NCBI GenBank assembly: GCA_964658305.1
Contig: OZ210885.1
Location: 24,552,001-24,616,000 of the forward strand
Length of the DNA: 64,000 nucleotides
From: Leptogorgia sarmentosa
Taxonomy: Eukaryota
Reading direction: 5' to 3'
The notes below the pieces were generated by a model. The model had not been told where the DNA came from and searched no databases. It saw nothing but the letters and a program-made list of their open reading frames with translations. The first letter of the stretch is position 1, and each line of letters opens with the position of its first letter. Below are positions 1 to 12,610 of the stretch, piece by piece. The position numbers were made by a program, and so were the translations under genes.

Positions 1-717
1 GGGGATTTCCTATGTGTCCAGGTGCCATTGATGGCACACACATTGCAATACAAGCCCCTGCTGGAAACCATGCTGATTATGTCAACAGAAAAAGTTATCA
101 TAGTATAGTAATGCAGGCAGTGGTGGACTGCCAGTATCTTTTTTGTGATGTCGTCATTGGATGGCCAGGCAGTGTCCATGACGCTAGAGTCCTGTCCAAT
201 TTGGAGATTTACAGCCTTGGTTCCCAATCGCAGTTGTTTGATGTCAATGTGAAAAAGAAAATTCTTGGTGTTGATGTTGGGCCAGTTATTCTTGGCGACC
301 CTGCCTATCCACTCCTGATATGGCTGATGAAAGCATATTCTGAAAACGCCAACACACCCAAATGGCAGACGTTTTAATTATCGGCTTAGTAGGGCCAGAA
401 TGACTGTCGAGAACACATTCGGTAGGTGGAAGGGTCGGTTTAGAAGATTTAGCAAGAGAGTTGATATGCAAGTTGAATCAGTTACCTACCTTGCAGCCTC
501 TTCATGTGTTGTTCACAACATCTGTGAGCTTAGACGAGATGACTTTTTTCAAGAGTGGTTAGAAGTGTGCAACAATGTTGACCAACCTGAAAGCCTACCA
601 TTATCAAATGAAGATGTGGATTCACAATGTGAGTCAGATGCCACAGTTGTTCGAGATACTCTGGCAAGATATTTCACAACAATGGAGGGCAGAAATATTG
701 AGCAAGGGATTGTATAA
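1..717 (+). pseudogene. Harbinger DDE transposase (HARBI1/DDE_Tnp_4-like), C-terminal part, one frameshift near 367-375
   Basis: Motifs GAIDGTH, NRKSYHS, GWPGSVHDARV, LGDPAYPL, then FNYRLSRARMTVENTFGRWKGRFR in a shifted frame (ORFs 12-377 and 400-717). Confidence 0.93.
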
Positions 718-959
718 ACATATTTTGGTACAGGCTAAATGTACATGTATTGTAAATTTACAGGCTCTAAAGTCAACCTTTCTATCCAGTGGTATAATCA
801 TAGATGTTGTGACAATAGATTTTTTTGTATTTCAGAGTAAGATTCTGTATAATATTTACTCAAGTTGCCCTATTTAAAATGTGACAAATTAAATTAAGTT
901 TGATCTGATTATTTATACTGCATATGGTAGATAAAGTTCCCCTTTTTGTCAATAAGTAT

Positions 960-1335
960 TGTTGCGTTGAGTTTTATAAGAACAAATAACATAACAATTA
1001 ACATGAAGTATAGAGATATTTGCCGCCCGCAAGACAAAAAAGCGCGCGAACAAAAGGAAGCCATATTTTGATGTTGACATTTATTCCGAAGTAAAAGCGT
1101 ATAAAAAGTGATGTTTCAATTAAAGGTTTAAGTCTAAAGGTTTAAGTAACAGTGGTTTGGACAAATGTAAGTAAATGAGGTATTATGTAGTCTAATTTAG
1201 TGCACGCAAATAGTCATAAATATCTTTATTTCTTTATTTCCTTATAGCTTCAGATTGCATATATTTGCATGTCAAATATAATAAATAAGAAACCAAACCA
1301 TTGTTTATGTTGAATTGTCGTGCGCCATCGGTCCA
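960..1335 (+). repeat. 5' LTR (376 bp)
   Basis: Direct repeat of 6692-7067; one substitution seen (GCACGCAAA vs GCACCCAAA). Confidence 0.97.
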
Positions 1336-1400
1336 CTATCTGAAGATTTTCTATATGTTTGCTGATGGTGCTATGTACTGAACTTTGTCTGTAAATTACA

Positions 1401-4400
1401 ATGGATAACGATACGAATAAAGCTAAGAATGCGCGTCGGGGTGCAAAGGGTGCTCTGACGAGGGCAATCAACGTAACAAGGGAAATCATGGAAGCATATC
1501 GTTCGAAAAGTGAAGTGACAAAAGCCCTGATTGCAGTACAACAAGCCCACGATGCCCTATTGATGAAACATGAAGAATTTGCCATGTTATTAGACGATGA
1601 AGAGTTCGAAGAAGCTGAAAGATGGATGCAAGTTTGTACAAGTGAGTACACAGCCTTTACTATGAGTTGTCATGACTATATTAATGAAGTAAATGGAGAT
1701 AAAAGTAAACAGAATACAAGTGACATTGACGTTGTGGAAACAAGCGCTGGGAACGATGAGCAAAACGATCATGGTGAAGGAAGTAACGAAATGATTGAGC
1801 AGTCTGCTGTTTCTAATGAAAGTAATCACCCAAACACAATTCAAAACCCTGATGCAATAGAACCAAGTTCGAGTTCAGCCAAGCCCTTTACTGTAAAACA
1901 CGAAAAAGCCAAGTTACCTGTGTTTGCTGGGGACGTTCGACAGTATTTCATATTTAAGTCAGATTTTAAACACGCTGTTGAAGCACAATATTCTGAAAGA
2001 GACACGTTGACAGTATTACGTTCCTGTTTGAGTGCTGAGCCTGCGAAATTGATTGAAGGAATAAGTTCTGACCTAGCAGCTGCATGAAAGTATTTGGACC
2101 AAAACTACGGTGACCCTAGAGTTGTGTCAGACACGATTACCCTAGATCTAGAAAGATTTAGAAGTATTCAACCAGGAGAAGATTATCGATTTTGCCAATT
2201 AGTAAACCTGGTGAGACGGTCGTACAACATCTTAAAAGAGATTAAGCGTCCCCAAGATATGGATAATACGCATGTGATCTCCCTGATAGAGAGAAAAATG
2301 AGCGAAGACGACCTAAGAGTGTGGGCGCGCTATCTTAATTCTCAGAAGTGTGAGCCATCGATGGATAACCTCCTGTCTTGGATGGAAGCGGAAATGACTG
2401 CTCGAATGCGCTCTGGGGCCCAAATTCGTAAGAATGTCCGATCACACAGAGTCAACACATTCGGCTCCAAAACTGAGAATGGCGATGAAAAACATGGAGG
2501 AGAAGATCGATACAAAACGAAGCAGTGTTATGTTTGTCAAGGGCGTCACTATGTGGACGAATGCCAAAGATTCCGTGATATGACATCAAGTGAAAGAGGG
2601 AAAGTTGTAAAAGACCAACGAGCATGTTTTTCCTGTTTGAAGAGGGGAAAAGGTCACATGGTAGCAAACTGCTCACGAAAGAAAGAGTGTGGAGAAAAAT
2701 TACAATCAGGTGGTGTCTGTAATAAGCCTCATCACAAGCTCCTCCATAGTAATTCAAATGTAACCCCAAACCCTGCCCACATCGGTTTTACCCAAGATGG
2801 TGGTGGTGCTGTGCTTCCAGTGCTTCTGGGACAAGTAAAAGGAAGGAATGCGAAAAAGGCGGTGAATGTTTTTTACGACAGTGGTGCCCAAATATCAATG
2901 GTACGGGAAGACCTCGCAGAAGAAATGGGGCTTGAAGGAAGACAGTCCAAAATAGTTATCACTAAAGTCGGAGGATCCGAAGAAGAATTGGACACCAAGA
3001 TATACAAGGTACCAGTGTCCACCCATGACGGTAAAAAGGTTCATGTCGTCCAAGCGGTTGGGATTCCACAAATCTCTGATGATACGACCTATGTCAATCT
3101 GAACAGAATCTCAGTCACCTTTGGAATACCGGTAGATCAACTGAAAAGAAAACCTGGTCGCGTAGATTTGTTGATCGGTATTAATCATCCTCAATTTCAT
3201 GTTGGTGAAACACGAGTCAAGGACGGTATGGTGGTCAGAAAGAGCCCTCTTGGATGGGTAGCATTTGGAGCAGATAACGAGCAAACACGGCCGAAAGCAA
3301 ACCAAGTGATGAATGTACGTCTAGTCGCACCGGTTGATCTCACCGAGTTTTGGACAACCGAATCAATGGGAGTATCGGTTTCCCCATGCAAATGCCCACC
3401 CAACAAAATGACGGTCGAGGAACAGAAGGGATTGAAGCCGATTGAAGAGTCTTGTAGTTTGGAAGGAAAGAAATGGATCATGGGTTATCCTTGGAAGAAA
3501 AATCCCGAACTGTTACCAGATAACTATCCACAAATACTGAAGAAAATGGAGTCCACTGAACGTCGACTTAGCAAACAGCCAGCTCATGCTAAAAGTTATG
3601 ATGGACAGATAAAGGAGATGGAAAGGATGCAATTCTCTAGGAAATTAACGAAAGATGAAATCGAAGAGTGGAAAGGACCTGTCCATTACGTTGCTCACCA
3701 TGCCGTTGTTTGCCAGGAAAAGAAGAGTACTCCAGTAAGAATTGTTTTTAATAGCTCTGCGTCGTACAATGGCCACAGTTTAAATGAGTATTGGTATAAA
3801 GGACCGGATTTGCTCAACAATCTCTTTGGAGTGGTGCTACGATTTAGAGAAAAAGAAGTAGCGGTTGTTGGTGACATATCCAAGATGTATCATATGATTG
3901 CAATCCCACTTTCCGATCAGCATGTCCACCGATTTCTATGGCGCAATATGGAGACAGATCGAGACACAGACGTGTATGTTAAAACAGTTTTGACCTTTGG
4001 AGACCGTCCGTCGCCAACTATGGCAACAGTGGCAATGCACAAAACAGCCGAGTTGAAAGAAGATAGCAAACCGAAGGCAGCTGAAGCAATTAAGAAAAAT
4101 ACCTACATGGATGATGTATGTGATTCACAAGTTTCTGTGGCAGAAGCTAAGGAACTGATCTCAGATATCGACGAAGTTCTAGATGCTGGCATTTTTCGCA
4201 TAAAAGAATGGGTATCCAACGCACCATTGACCGATAAAGAAAGCAGAGAGGAAGTAGTACTCGGAGTAAATGAAGAAAAGTTCTCGGAACTGTTTGGCAT
4301 CCAAAGCAAGATCAGTTCTCGTTTGCCATAAAGATCGATTGTCCCAATGCATTATCTAACGAAGCATTGACGACGTCTGCAACGCAGTCCAAAATGACAA

Positions 4401-6655
4401 AACGCATTATTCTCAGCAGATTAGCTGGCATTTTTGATCCTATTGGAGCTGCAGCAGCCACTTTGGTGAAGGCGAAGATCAGTATGCAAGAACTTTGGCA
4501 GCACGGTCTAAGCTGGGACGAAGATATCCCGTCTGATCTCAAGACAAAGTGGACATTGTTGTTTAGAGAGATAGCTAAACTTAACGACGTACGATTTCAA
4601 CGATGCCTCACTCCTACTGGTGCAATACACAATCCAGATCTAATTACATTTTGTGATGCGTCCCGAAAGGCCTTTGGAGCGTGTTCTTATGTCAGATGGA
4701 AATTGGCAGATGGAAAATTTGGAGTTCGATTCGTTGCAGCAAAGTCTAGAGTCGCACCCTTAAAGGAGTTAACGATTCCTCGCCTGGAGCTGCAGGCCGC
4801 CGTACTGGCGAGTCGTCTAGCGAAGTCAGTTCAAGAGGAAACAAGACTGAAGATAAGTAGAACATTGTTCTTTTCTGATAGCCGAGTAGCCTTAGCTTGG
4901 ATACAAGGTGTGCCACGTTCCTACAAACCATTTGTCTCGTGCCGAGTCAGCGAAATCCAGTCGAATTCCAACCCCGCAGATTGGTATCATTGTCCCACCG
5001 CTGAAAACGTTGCTGATGATGTGACTAAAGGTATTACACCGGAAGAGCTAAACGGTAGATGGTTTAACGGTCCACAATTTTTAACGTTACCAGAGCAACA
5101 ATGGCCAATGGAAACGGGTATACCGGACGTACAAGAAGTTAACAAAGAGAGAAGAAAAGTTACCATCACCTGCCCTGTTACCGTCACACAGCCAAAATTC
5201 GATTGTCAGAGCTACGGCAAGTGGAAACGAATTGTTAGAGTTACTGCCTACGTTCAAAGATTCCACCGTAATTCATATAAAAAGCACGATGAGGACAACA
5301 CTAACGTGGAATTGGGACCCTTAACCTGTGAAGAGCTCCGAACTGCTGAAGAATACTGGCTCAAACAGGCACAGTCAGGCCTTTTTCCAAGATTTGAGAA
5401 AGGAGATTTCAAAACACTTTCGCCATATGTCGATGCCAAGAAGTTAATTCGAGTTGGAGGCCGTGTGGACCCGTCCTTTGTTTCCTACGACAATGAACGG
5501 CCAGTGTTATTGCACTATAACAGTCACATATCGAGAGTTATCATACGCGATGCTCATGAAATTGGTCACAACGGTGTCGCAGCCACGGTAGTCAAAACCA
5601 GAAAGAAATATTGGATCATTAAAGCCCACAGAATCGCAAAGGTCCTAAAGAGTCGTTGCACCGTATGCCGCGAAATCGAAGCGAAAGTTGAAACGCAGTT
5701 GATGGCGAATTTACCCAAGTTTCGTCTGCAGCCACACACACCACCATTCCTCTACTCGTCACTAGATTATTTCGGTCCAATGAAAGTGAAAGTTGGTCGA
5801 AACAAAACATGTAAACATTATGGTGTCGTATTTACATGCCTTAATACGCGAGCTATCCACTGTGAACTTGCTGTTGACGCTAGTGCTATGGAACTTATGC
5901 AAGTGTTACGACGATTCTTTGCTTATCGAGGTTATCCCAAGTTTATCCTATCAGACAATGGCACGCAAATGGTGGGAGCTGATAAAGAATTACGCCTGAT
6001 GATCAAAGGATGGAATGTGAAGCAGTTGAAAGAATTCTGTGCTGAACGCAGTATAAAATGGCAATTCACTACACCGCTAGCTCCACATCAGAATGGTTCG
6101 ACCGAAGCCATGGTCAAGACTATCAAAACAGCCCTAAAGAAAGCTATCGGTGATACAGTTCTTGCACCTTTCGAGCTATACACCTGTCTGGTAGAGATTG
6201 CCAATCTAGTCAATCAAAGACCCATTGGTCGCATTCCAACCGACCCTGACGACGGTTCTTATTTGTGTCCAAACGACATCCTACTTGGTAGAGCCAGCAG
6301 TACAGTCCCTCAAGGGCCATTCCGACAGACAGAAAACCCTCGTCATAGATTTGAGTTTTGCCAACGGATTGTTGAGGCCTTCTGGAAAAAGTGGTCGAAA
6401 GACGTACTTCCACAACTAGTTCCAAGAAAGAAATGGAATACCAAATCTCGAAACGTTAAAGTGAATGACTATGTAGTGTTGGCGGATCCAAACGCACTGC
6501 GTGGTACATGGGAAACTGGAAGAATAGTCCAAGTCTTTCCAGGACAAGATGGATTGGTGAGAAATGTGATGGTGAAGACAACAAAAGGCACTTATTCACG
6601 TCCTATAAGCAAAATTGTTGTCATATACCCCATGGAAGGCTACGAAGACGAATAA
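1401..6655 (+). pseudogene. BEL/Pao gag-pol polyprotein (DUF1759-like gag, CCHC knuckles, aspartic protease, RT, RNase H/Peptidase_A17, integrase), with one nonsense codon (2085-2087) and one frameshift (~4280)
   Basis: Motifs LPVFAGD, CYVCQGRHYVDEC, FYDSGAQIS, RIVFNSS/GPDLL, DISKMY, YMDD, FCDAS, IPRLELQAA, H-H-C-C, DYFGP, SDNG. The KVLGTVWHPKQDQF motif is restored by a one-base frameshift at ~4280. Confidence 0.95.
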
Positions 6656-6691
6656 AGGAGGAAATGGGAATTCTCCCATTGCCGGGGGGAA

Positions 6692-7067
6692 TGTTGCGTT
6701 GAGTTTTATAAGAACAAATAACATAACAATTAACATGAAGTATAGAGATATTTGCCGCCCGCAAGACAAAAAAGCGCGCGAACAAAAGGAAGCCATATTT
6801 TGATGTTGACATTTATTCCGAAGTAAAAGCGTATAAAAAGTGATGTTTCAATTAAAGGTTTAAGTCTAAAGGTTTAAGTAACAGTGGTTTGGACAAATGT
6901 AAGTAAATGAGGTATTATGTAGTCTAATTTAGTGCACCCAAATAGTCATAAATATCTTTATTTCTTTATTTCCTTATAGCTTCAGATTGCATATATTTGC
7001 ATGTCAAATATAATAAATAAGAAACCAAACCATTGTTTATGTTGAATTGTCGTGCGCCATCGGTCCA
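6692..7067 (+). repeat. 3' LTR (376 bp)
   Basis: Direct repeat of 960-1335, followed by TSD AGTAT. Confidence 0.97.
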
Positions 7068-7414
7068 AGTATGCCCTTTTACCACTATTCTTTCACAAGT
7101 GTTGTCTTATTAATCCATTTCAAAATACTCTATCATAAAAATCTTAAATCATGTGGAAGTAATCAACCAATAGATTGTAAAACAATGTCTTGATAATTGC
7201 AGTACAGTACAACAAATTTTCAACCATCCTAATGTACAAAACACCTTCATATCTGCCATAGCTTTGAGAAGGAAGAGCCAAAAAACACAAATATATAAAG
7301 TGAATACAAATTTGTTAATTTGTTAATTAGTTTATTAAATAATTCAGAAATCATTGCATCATAGTATAATAAACAGAATGACTGGAATCTACATTTTTCA
7401 AGAGAAAATCATAA

Positions 7415-7640
7415 ACAATGTGAATGCCATTAAATTAAGATATTTCCCATAAGGTAAGCAAAGTTAACATGTTCTATTATTACAAGAAATATTCAATTAA
7501 CACAACATACTGCACATATTCATAGACACAATGTGAATGCCATTAAATTAAGATATTTCCCATAAGGAAAGCAAAGTTAACATGTTCTATTATTACAAGA
7601 AATATTCAATTAACACAACATACTGCACATATTCATAGAC
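7415..7640. repeat. 113-bp tandem duplication (2 copies)
   Basis: 7415-7527 and 7528-7640 are identical except GGTAAG/GGAAAG. Confidence 0.95.
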
Positions 7641-7651
7641 AGCTATTACAA

Positions 7652-9075
7652 CTACAATTTATAATATGTACTATAAGTCCCATCTTGATTGGAAACACTT
7701 GTAGGTGGTTGTATCTGACCTGAAGTCCCATAGTGGTTGTTATATATCATGGTACTTTGTCCATAATTAACATCCTGGGTAGGGACTTGATTGCAATTCT
7801 GAGTCAATACATTGAGTAGCAACAGCTCATGCTGTCGCTCTTCTCGACGCCATTCATTATCCAGCTCTTTTAGGCATATTTCTTGCTCCATCCGTTCTTT
7901 CTGACGCATACCCTCGATCATCATCATTGTTTCTGCCTCCTTTTCAGCAGCAGCTAGAAATCCATTACTCAATACTTCAATTGATTTTTCCAGTTTTGTT
8001 TTCTTCGACGTTTTTCTTTTCATCAATTTGAGAGCTACCTCTTTTTTCTGTTCTTGTTTTTCTTTCACCTTTTTCTCTTCTTATCATGTTCTACTTCATC
8101 CTTCTCTAGCTCTTTCTCTCCTTTTTCTTCAACTGACATTTTCTCCACAACTCCAACATTAGATGATTCAAAATTGAAATCACTGTCTTCATGTTGCTGG
8201 TCACTTTCATCATCAAATGGATCCATTGTTTCTTCATTGATTTGTGGAATCTCATCATCACTGTCTAAATTTATAATTATTTATGTAAAACAAAGTGAGA
8301 TCATGAATGTTCACATCACAGAAAAATTAAAAATAATCATGCAGTTAGCATAATTATCTGAACCTTCCAAATCTGACGTGCTGTTAAACTGCAGACATGA
8401 TTATAAAAGGTTTTTTACCTGAACTGTCAAGGATCAAACTTGAATCCACCAGGGACACTGGAGTAGACGTATCACGACTACCACAAGCCTGATCCATTTC
8501 ATCAAAAAATTTCCATTTTTTTCTTCTTTCTGTGCCACTTCTTCTACTTTTATCCAAATTTGATTTATACTGTTGTCTTAACTTTTTCCATTTACTTATT
8601 ACAGCTTCTAAAGAAAATGTAACTCCTAAAAATGAAAGTATAATATTCGAATAAACTTCAAACACTTGTTATAAGCGCTATAATTATGTTAAAACAAACA
8701 ACATTTCAAAAATACGAATATCCCCTTAACTTTTCTAAAAAAACAAAATGCAATACCACTCTCAATCTATCTCTCTCGTCTGTAGTAAGGTATACATGTG
8801 GGTTATCAGACTGAATTGAGAACAAGGGGTAATATGAGAACATAACAAGCTATATTATTACCTTTCTTGTCCAACTCTGCATGTACCACTTTGTAACACG
8901 CACTCTTCTCTTTCGGAGTTTTAGCGTTGTTTAAGCTGAATAGTATTGTCTCTTCCTGCATCAGAGAAATGAGTTCCTTCACATCTGTATCTTTCCACTT
9001 GCGTACTTGCGACCGTTTGTTTACTTTATGTTTTGACATATTTTTAGATGCTTTCCTTTCGGTTTGTTCCGCCAT
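7652..9075 (-). pseudogene. Harbinger-associated Myb/SANT (trihelix/MADF-like) DNA-binding protein; exons 9075-8862, 8625-8419, 8264-7652; frameshift near 8070
   Basis: W(KDTDV)xxLI, KWKKLRQQY and WKFFDEMD motifs; phase-compatible GT-AG introns; acidic linker and coiled-coil tail. Confidence 0.85.
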
Positions 9076-9371
9076 GTTGCTAGCAAAATGTCTCATTGCA
9101 CATGCTCAGAACGAAATGTTCTGCAAAAAATTGGCACGGTAGCTGTTTACACTACACCGATTTTCTCTGCCGTACCAACTTTTGCGGTTTTGGACTACCT
9201 CTCTAGACGGTCCAAGTACCAAAAACATTTTAGTTCGGCACGGATGGAAATTTAGCACGTTAGAAGTGTTTACACTATGAAATTCATCCGTACCAAAACA
9301 CTATTTTGGTACTCGTACCCTTTTCATCCGTGCCATACCAAAAAATATCCTGTAGTGTAAATGGGCCTTAA

Positions 9372-9399
9372 GGTACGAAAAATCCTGGATCCGCCCCTG
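9372..9399. mobile_element. Terminus of a hAT-type element (reverse complement CAGGGGCGGATCCAGG) directly outside the Harbinger end
   Basis: CTGGATCCGCCCCTG at 9385-9399 resembles common hAT-type TIRs; no partner TIR is seen in the window. Confidence 0.5.
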
Positions 9400-10415
9400 C
9401 TAGGCACAACACACGTATGATTAGGAAAAGTAAGCCACAGTGCGAGGCCACAGACCTATGCACTTGTAGAGACAAGAACATATGCCCACTTCAGGAAAAA
9501 TGCATGACCAAAGACAGTTTACAAGGCCACTATCACCTGCACAAACAGCACAAAACATTACATAGGCATGATGGCAAGTACATTTAAAATTTATGTTTAG
9601 AAGAAAAGCTTTGTATTTTGAAAGATAAAAACAAACAAAATTTACTGAACAAAAAATCGGAAATAGTTTCGACATGTAATCATAAAAAGAAATACCTAGT
9701 AAACAACCTAAACAATAGAAGGAAATCAAGGAATACATGCATTGTTTGACGCCCATGCCCACGTTTCCGACTCAAAACACTTATAAGCAGCAAACTTTTC
9801 GAAATTTGTCAGCGATCTGATGATTCCTCTTGGATGAAACAGGCTGTAGTGGCACCTTTTTGAGGCAAAACTATATATATATAGATCGATCCTGTTTACG
9901 GGCTTAATTACCTTCTATTATTGTAAGTATGTAACTTCTATATAGTGATACCTTACATATCGGAAACACCTATGTTCATATAGGTTACATATAGAAGATG
10001 CCTGAGAAACAAACCTTCAGGGGCTCTCAGTTGTTCATTTATAAATGGGACATCTGCAGGTATACCATCTGCAATGTTGATGAAGTCTGGGTCATCCATG
10101 GCATCCAGAGGATGTGCCAGCTCATCAATCATGTTATCAACTGGTAAAATATCTTCAGGAACCACAGGTTTATTTTCAGCGTCTATGAGTCTCGTCTGTA
10201 TTATCATCTAAGTCATTAGCAACTATGTAAGAAAGCACTTAAAAATAAATTTATTTAATAAATCCTAATCCTAACCAAATGACTGTTTCACGTACTATAT
10301 TTTTACAGGGGAGAATACTTATTCCAGCTTAAAAGAGTTTAGTTGTGTTTAAGGACAATAAATAACTGCATTCTATTTACACAATCACAACTTTATTTCT
10401 TACTTTCATAATCAG

Positions 10416-10713
10416 ACAATCGGCATAAGAAAAAGTTACACGAGAGTATGCTCTTCCAATTGACTCTTTGTACTTTCCTATTGAAAAGGGCTCCTTCCTT
10501 CCAGGGAGATTTAAAACCGGATCGAAGTCTGGGTACAATAGAAGCCATTCACAATCGCCAGCTTCTCGTAAGTGTTTGTTGTGAGGAAATGCTCTGAGAT
10601 TCTTTACAGTGACATTGTTATCTGCTTTTTTTACTTCAACTGGAAGAAGAGACCTTCTCGTTATCTTTAGCTTCTTACAATTCCCATCTAACTCTGCAAT
10701 TCCGACATTGATC
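10416..10713 (-). pseudogene. Decayed exon of a TE-associated protein (INVG...LP..V...LLYPD...LPG..EPF...YKE..G..YSR motif set)
   Basis: Manual translation after a TAG acceptor: INVGIAELDGNCKKLKITRRSLLPVEV...WLLLYPDFDPVLNLPGRKEPFSIGKYKESIGRAYSRVTF. An acidic exon follows at 9953-10207. Confidence 0.45.
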
Positions 10714-12610
10714 TATAATGAAGCACATGCAAAAATGTTATATAAACGGTATTTGCAACGTCTACAGGGTGTATCAAAAAACTTTACAGTCTGAAAATAT
10801 TTGCAAAACTAACAACCACGCAAAATTTGATAGTTTAACACCTTGTGGTATGTGTAGCACTAAATTTATTCAACGATGTATCTTTTGGGTGACGATTTGA
10901 TTTAACCGAGTTGAAGTATGGATTATGTTGTACAAGCTGCAAGGTTTTGACTTTTGAGAAATTGTGTCCATATCATGTGACCATAATTAACCAATTAAAT
11001 GACCTGAATGTAACGAGGTAGTATATAAAACATTCCATCTTTCACCTCATGAAAATATTCTTAGCTCTCATTGCACTTATAAACATTCATTATTTGCATA
11101 CTAAATTCATTGGTACACATTGATGACGTTAATGACAAAAAACTACAGAGGTCTACTCTGTTAGTGTCTTATTGTATTTGTTATAATGAATGTGTGTTAC
11201 TCGCGAGGTTATATATTAAATCTCGAGGTTTTTTAACTTGGCCGCTTGTGCGCTATGACCATCGTTAAAGTTTTGATTATAGATTTCAGATATAAAAATA
11301 GATTCGCAAGCGCACATGTATCTGCGAATGGTGAAGCAGAACTGACGGATGAGTCGTCGGAAAGCGCAATCAGACATGCTAAAAAGTCCAGGTTGCGCTT
11401 AAATCTATTGCCAAAGTATTGGTTTGCAAGCAATAAATGAACCTAAACTAAAGCTAACCCTAAATATGAAACTAATCGAACCCCAAAGACATTCAAAACC
11501 GCACAAAACATTAAAACCTAGAACTATGCTCAAACAGATTTCCTAAATCAGCATGCTGTCTTATCAAATATGCGATGTTTAGTTAGTGTTGACTGTTCTC
11601 ATATACAGCATTTCTCACCTTCCTCCTTCAACTCTTTCGTGAAAAATACGAGGAAATTCCTTGGGGAAAAAACTTTCTTTGTGCCTCCAATATGCATAAA
11701 ACTATGGCTTTATACTGAATATCGTGAGATTACCTAATATTACATGTAAATGTCATTAAATTATTTAATTATATCATTTTCGCCTTATTTCAATTTTGAC
11801 CGCCATCTTGAATATGATCAGATTTAACCTGCGAACAGGAACAACAAAAGCATCTCGCTGCTGATTGGGCTACTTCAACACAATGTATCCAGTTTTTATA
11901 TAGCGTGCTGTGACAAAACCGTTCATGAGTGGGCCATCTGTATAGTGCTCTGTATGCATTTTCAGTTTACAAATCGAAAGGCCGATAAAACAGCACGCTG
12001 CCGTTTCAAATGCTTTGTTAAATTACAACTGGACATTGACAGGGACCTGCAAAGTCAAGATTGTTTGCTTAAACTGTCGTACTTAAACACTGCACTTCAC
12101 ATTTTCGCAAAAATCCCATCTAAACATCGCCTTCACCCAGACTGCAGAGTGTGGCAGTTTTCATCAAGATCTTGAGTGCGCCAAACGACTGGAATTTAGG
12201 TGCGGGTGCGCCAAAACTTGTCAGGTGCGCTATAAAATATTCTCAGGTGCGCTATAAAATATTCTCAGGTGCGCTATCATCGTATTTTGTAATTTGCTAA
12301 TCACAACTCATCAGAGAAAGTGAGAAATAATAGCGTTTTTTAGTTCGTTTGTTATTGCGACTCCAGGCTTCGATGTGCAGAATAACACGTTTTTTGCTTT
12401 CCGTTTCTCTGTTTATTTACTCTTCAATATGGCGATATTTAATTCATCGTAAAGGCGTGGAGCTGAAGGCATGGGACCAAGTGGCAATATAAACACGTTT
12501 TACACATTTTGTGATTTTGAACATCGCTGTTTTGAATAACGTGAAGTCGTGAAGAAACGTTACGTACTCTTGTAAACTTGGAAATTAAAACGAAACAAAA
12601 TGCCATAGAA

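Larger units (their letters stand above)
960..7067 (+). mobile_element. Full-length BEL/Pao LTR retrotransposon
   Basis: TG...CA LTRs at 960-1335 and 6692-7067. The 5-bp TSD AGTAT is at 955-959 and 7068-7072. A polypurine tract GGGGGGAA precedes the 3' LTR. Gag-pol has BEL domain order. Confidence 0.97.
1..9367. mobile_element. PIF/Harbinger DNA transposon (left end outside window), interrupted by a BEL/Pao LTR element
   Basis: Transposase (+) and Myb/SANT gene (-) are convergent. Right terminus is ...TGTAGTGTAAATGGGCC followed by TTA/TAA (9368-9371). Subterminal GTTTACACTA motifs lie near 9145 and 9268. Confidence 0.85.

Noticed and set aside
2085..2087. Programmed stop-codon readthrough between gag and pol
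   Set aside because: The TGA lies inside gag at a position where Trp is expected (AAA-W-KYLDQNYG), so it is better explained as a nonsense mutation.
11233..11440. Possible LINE reverse-transcriptase remnant (FADT-like motif)
   Set aside because: Only a weak single-motif resemblance, with no supporting RT motifs nearby.
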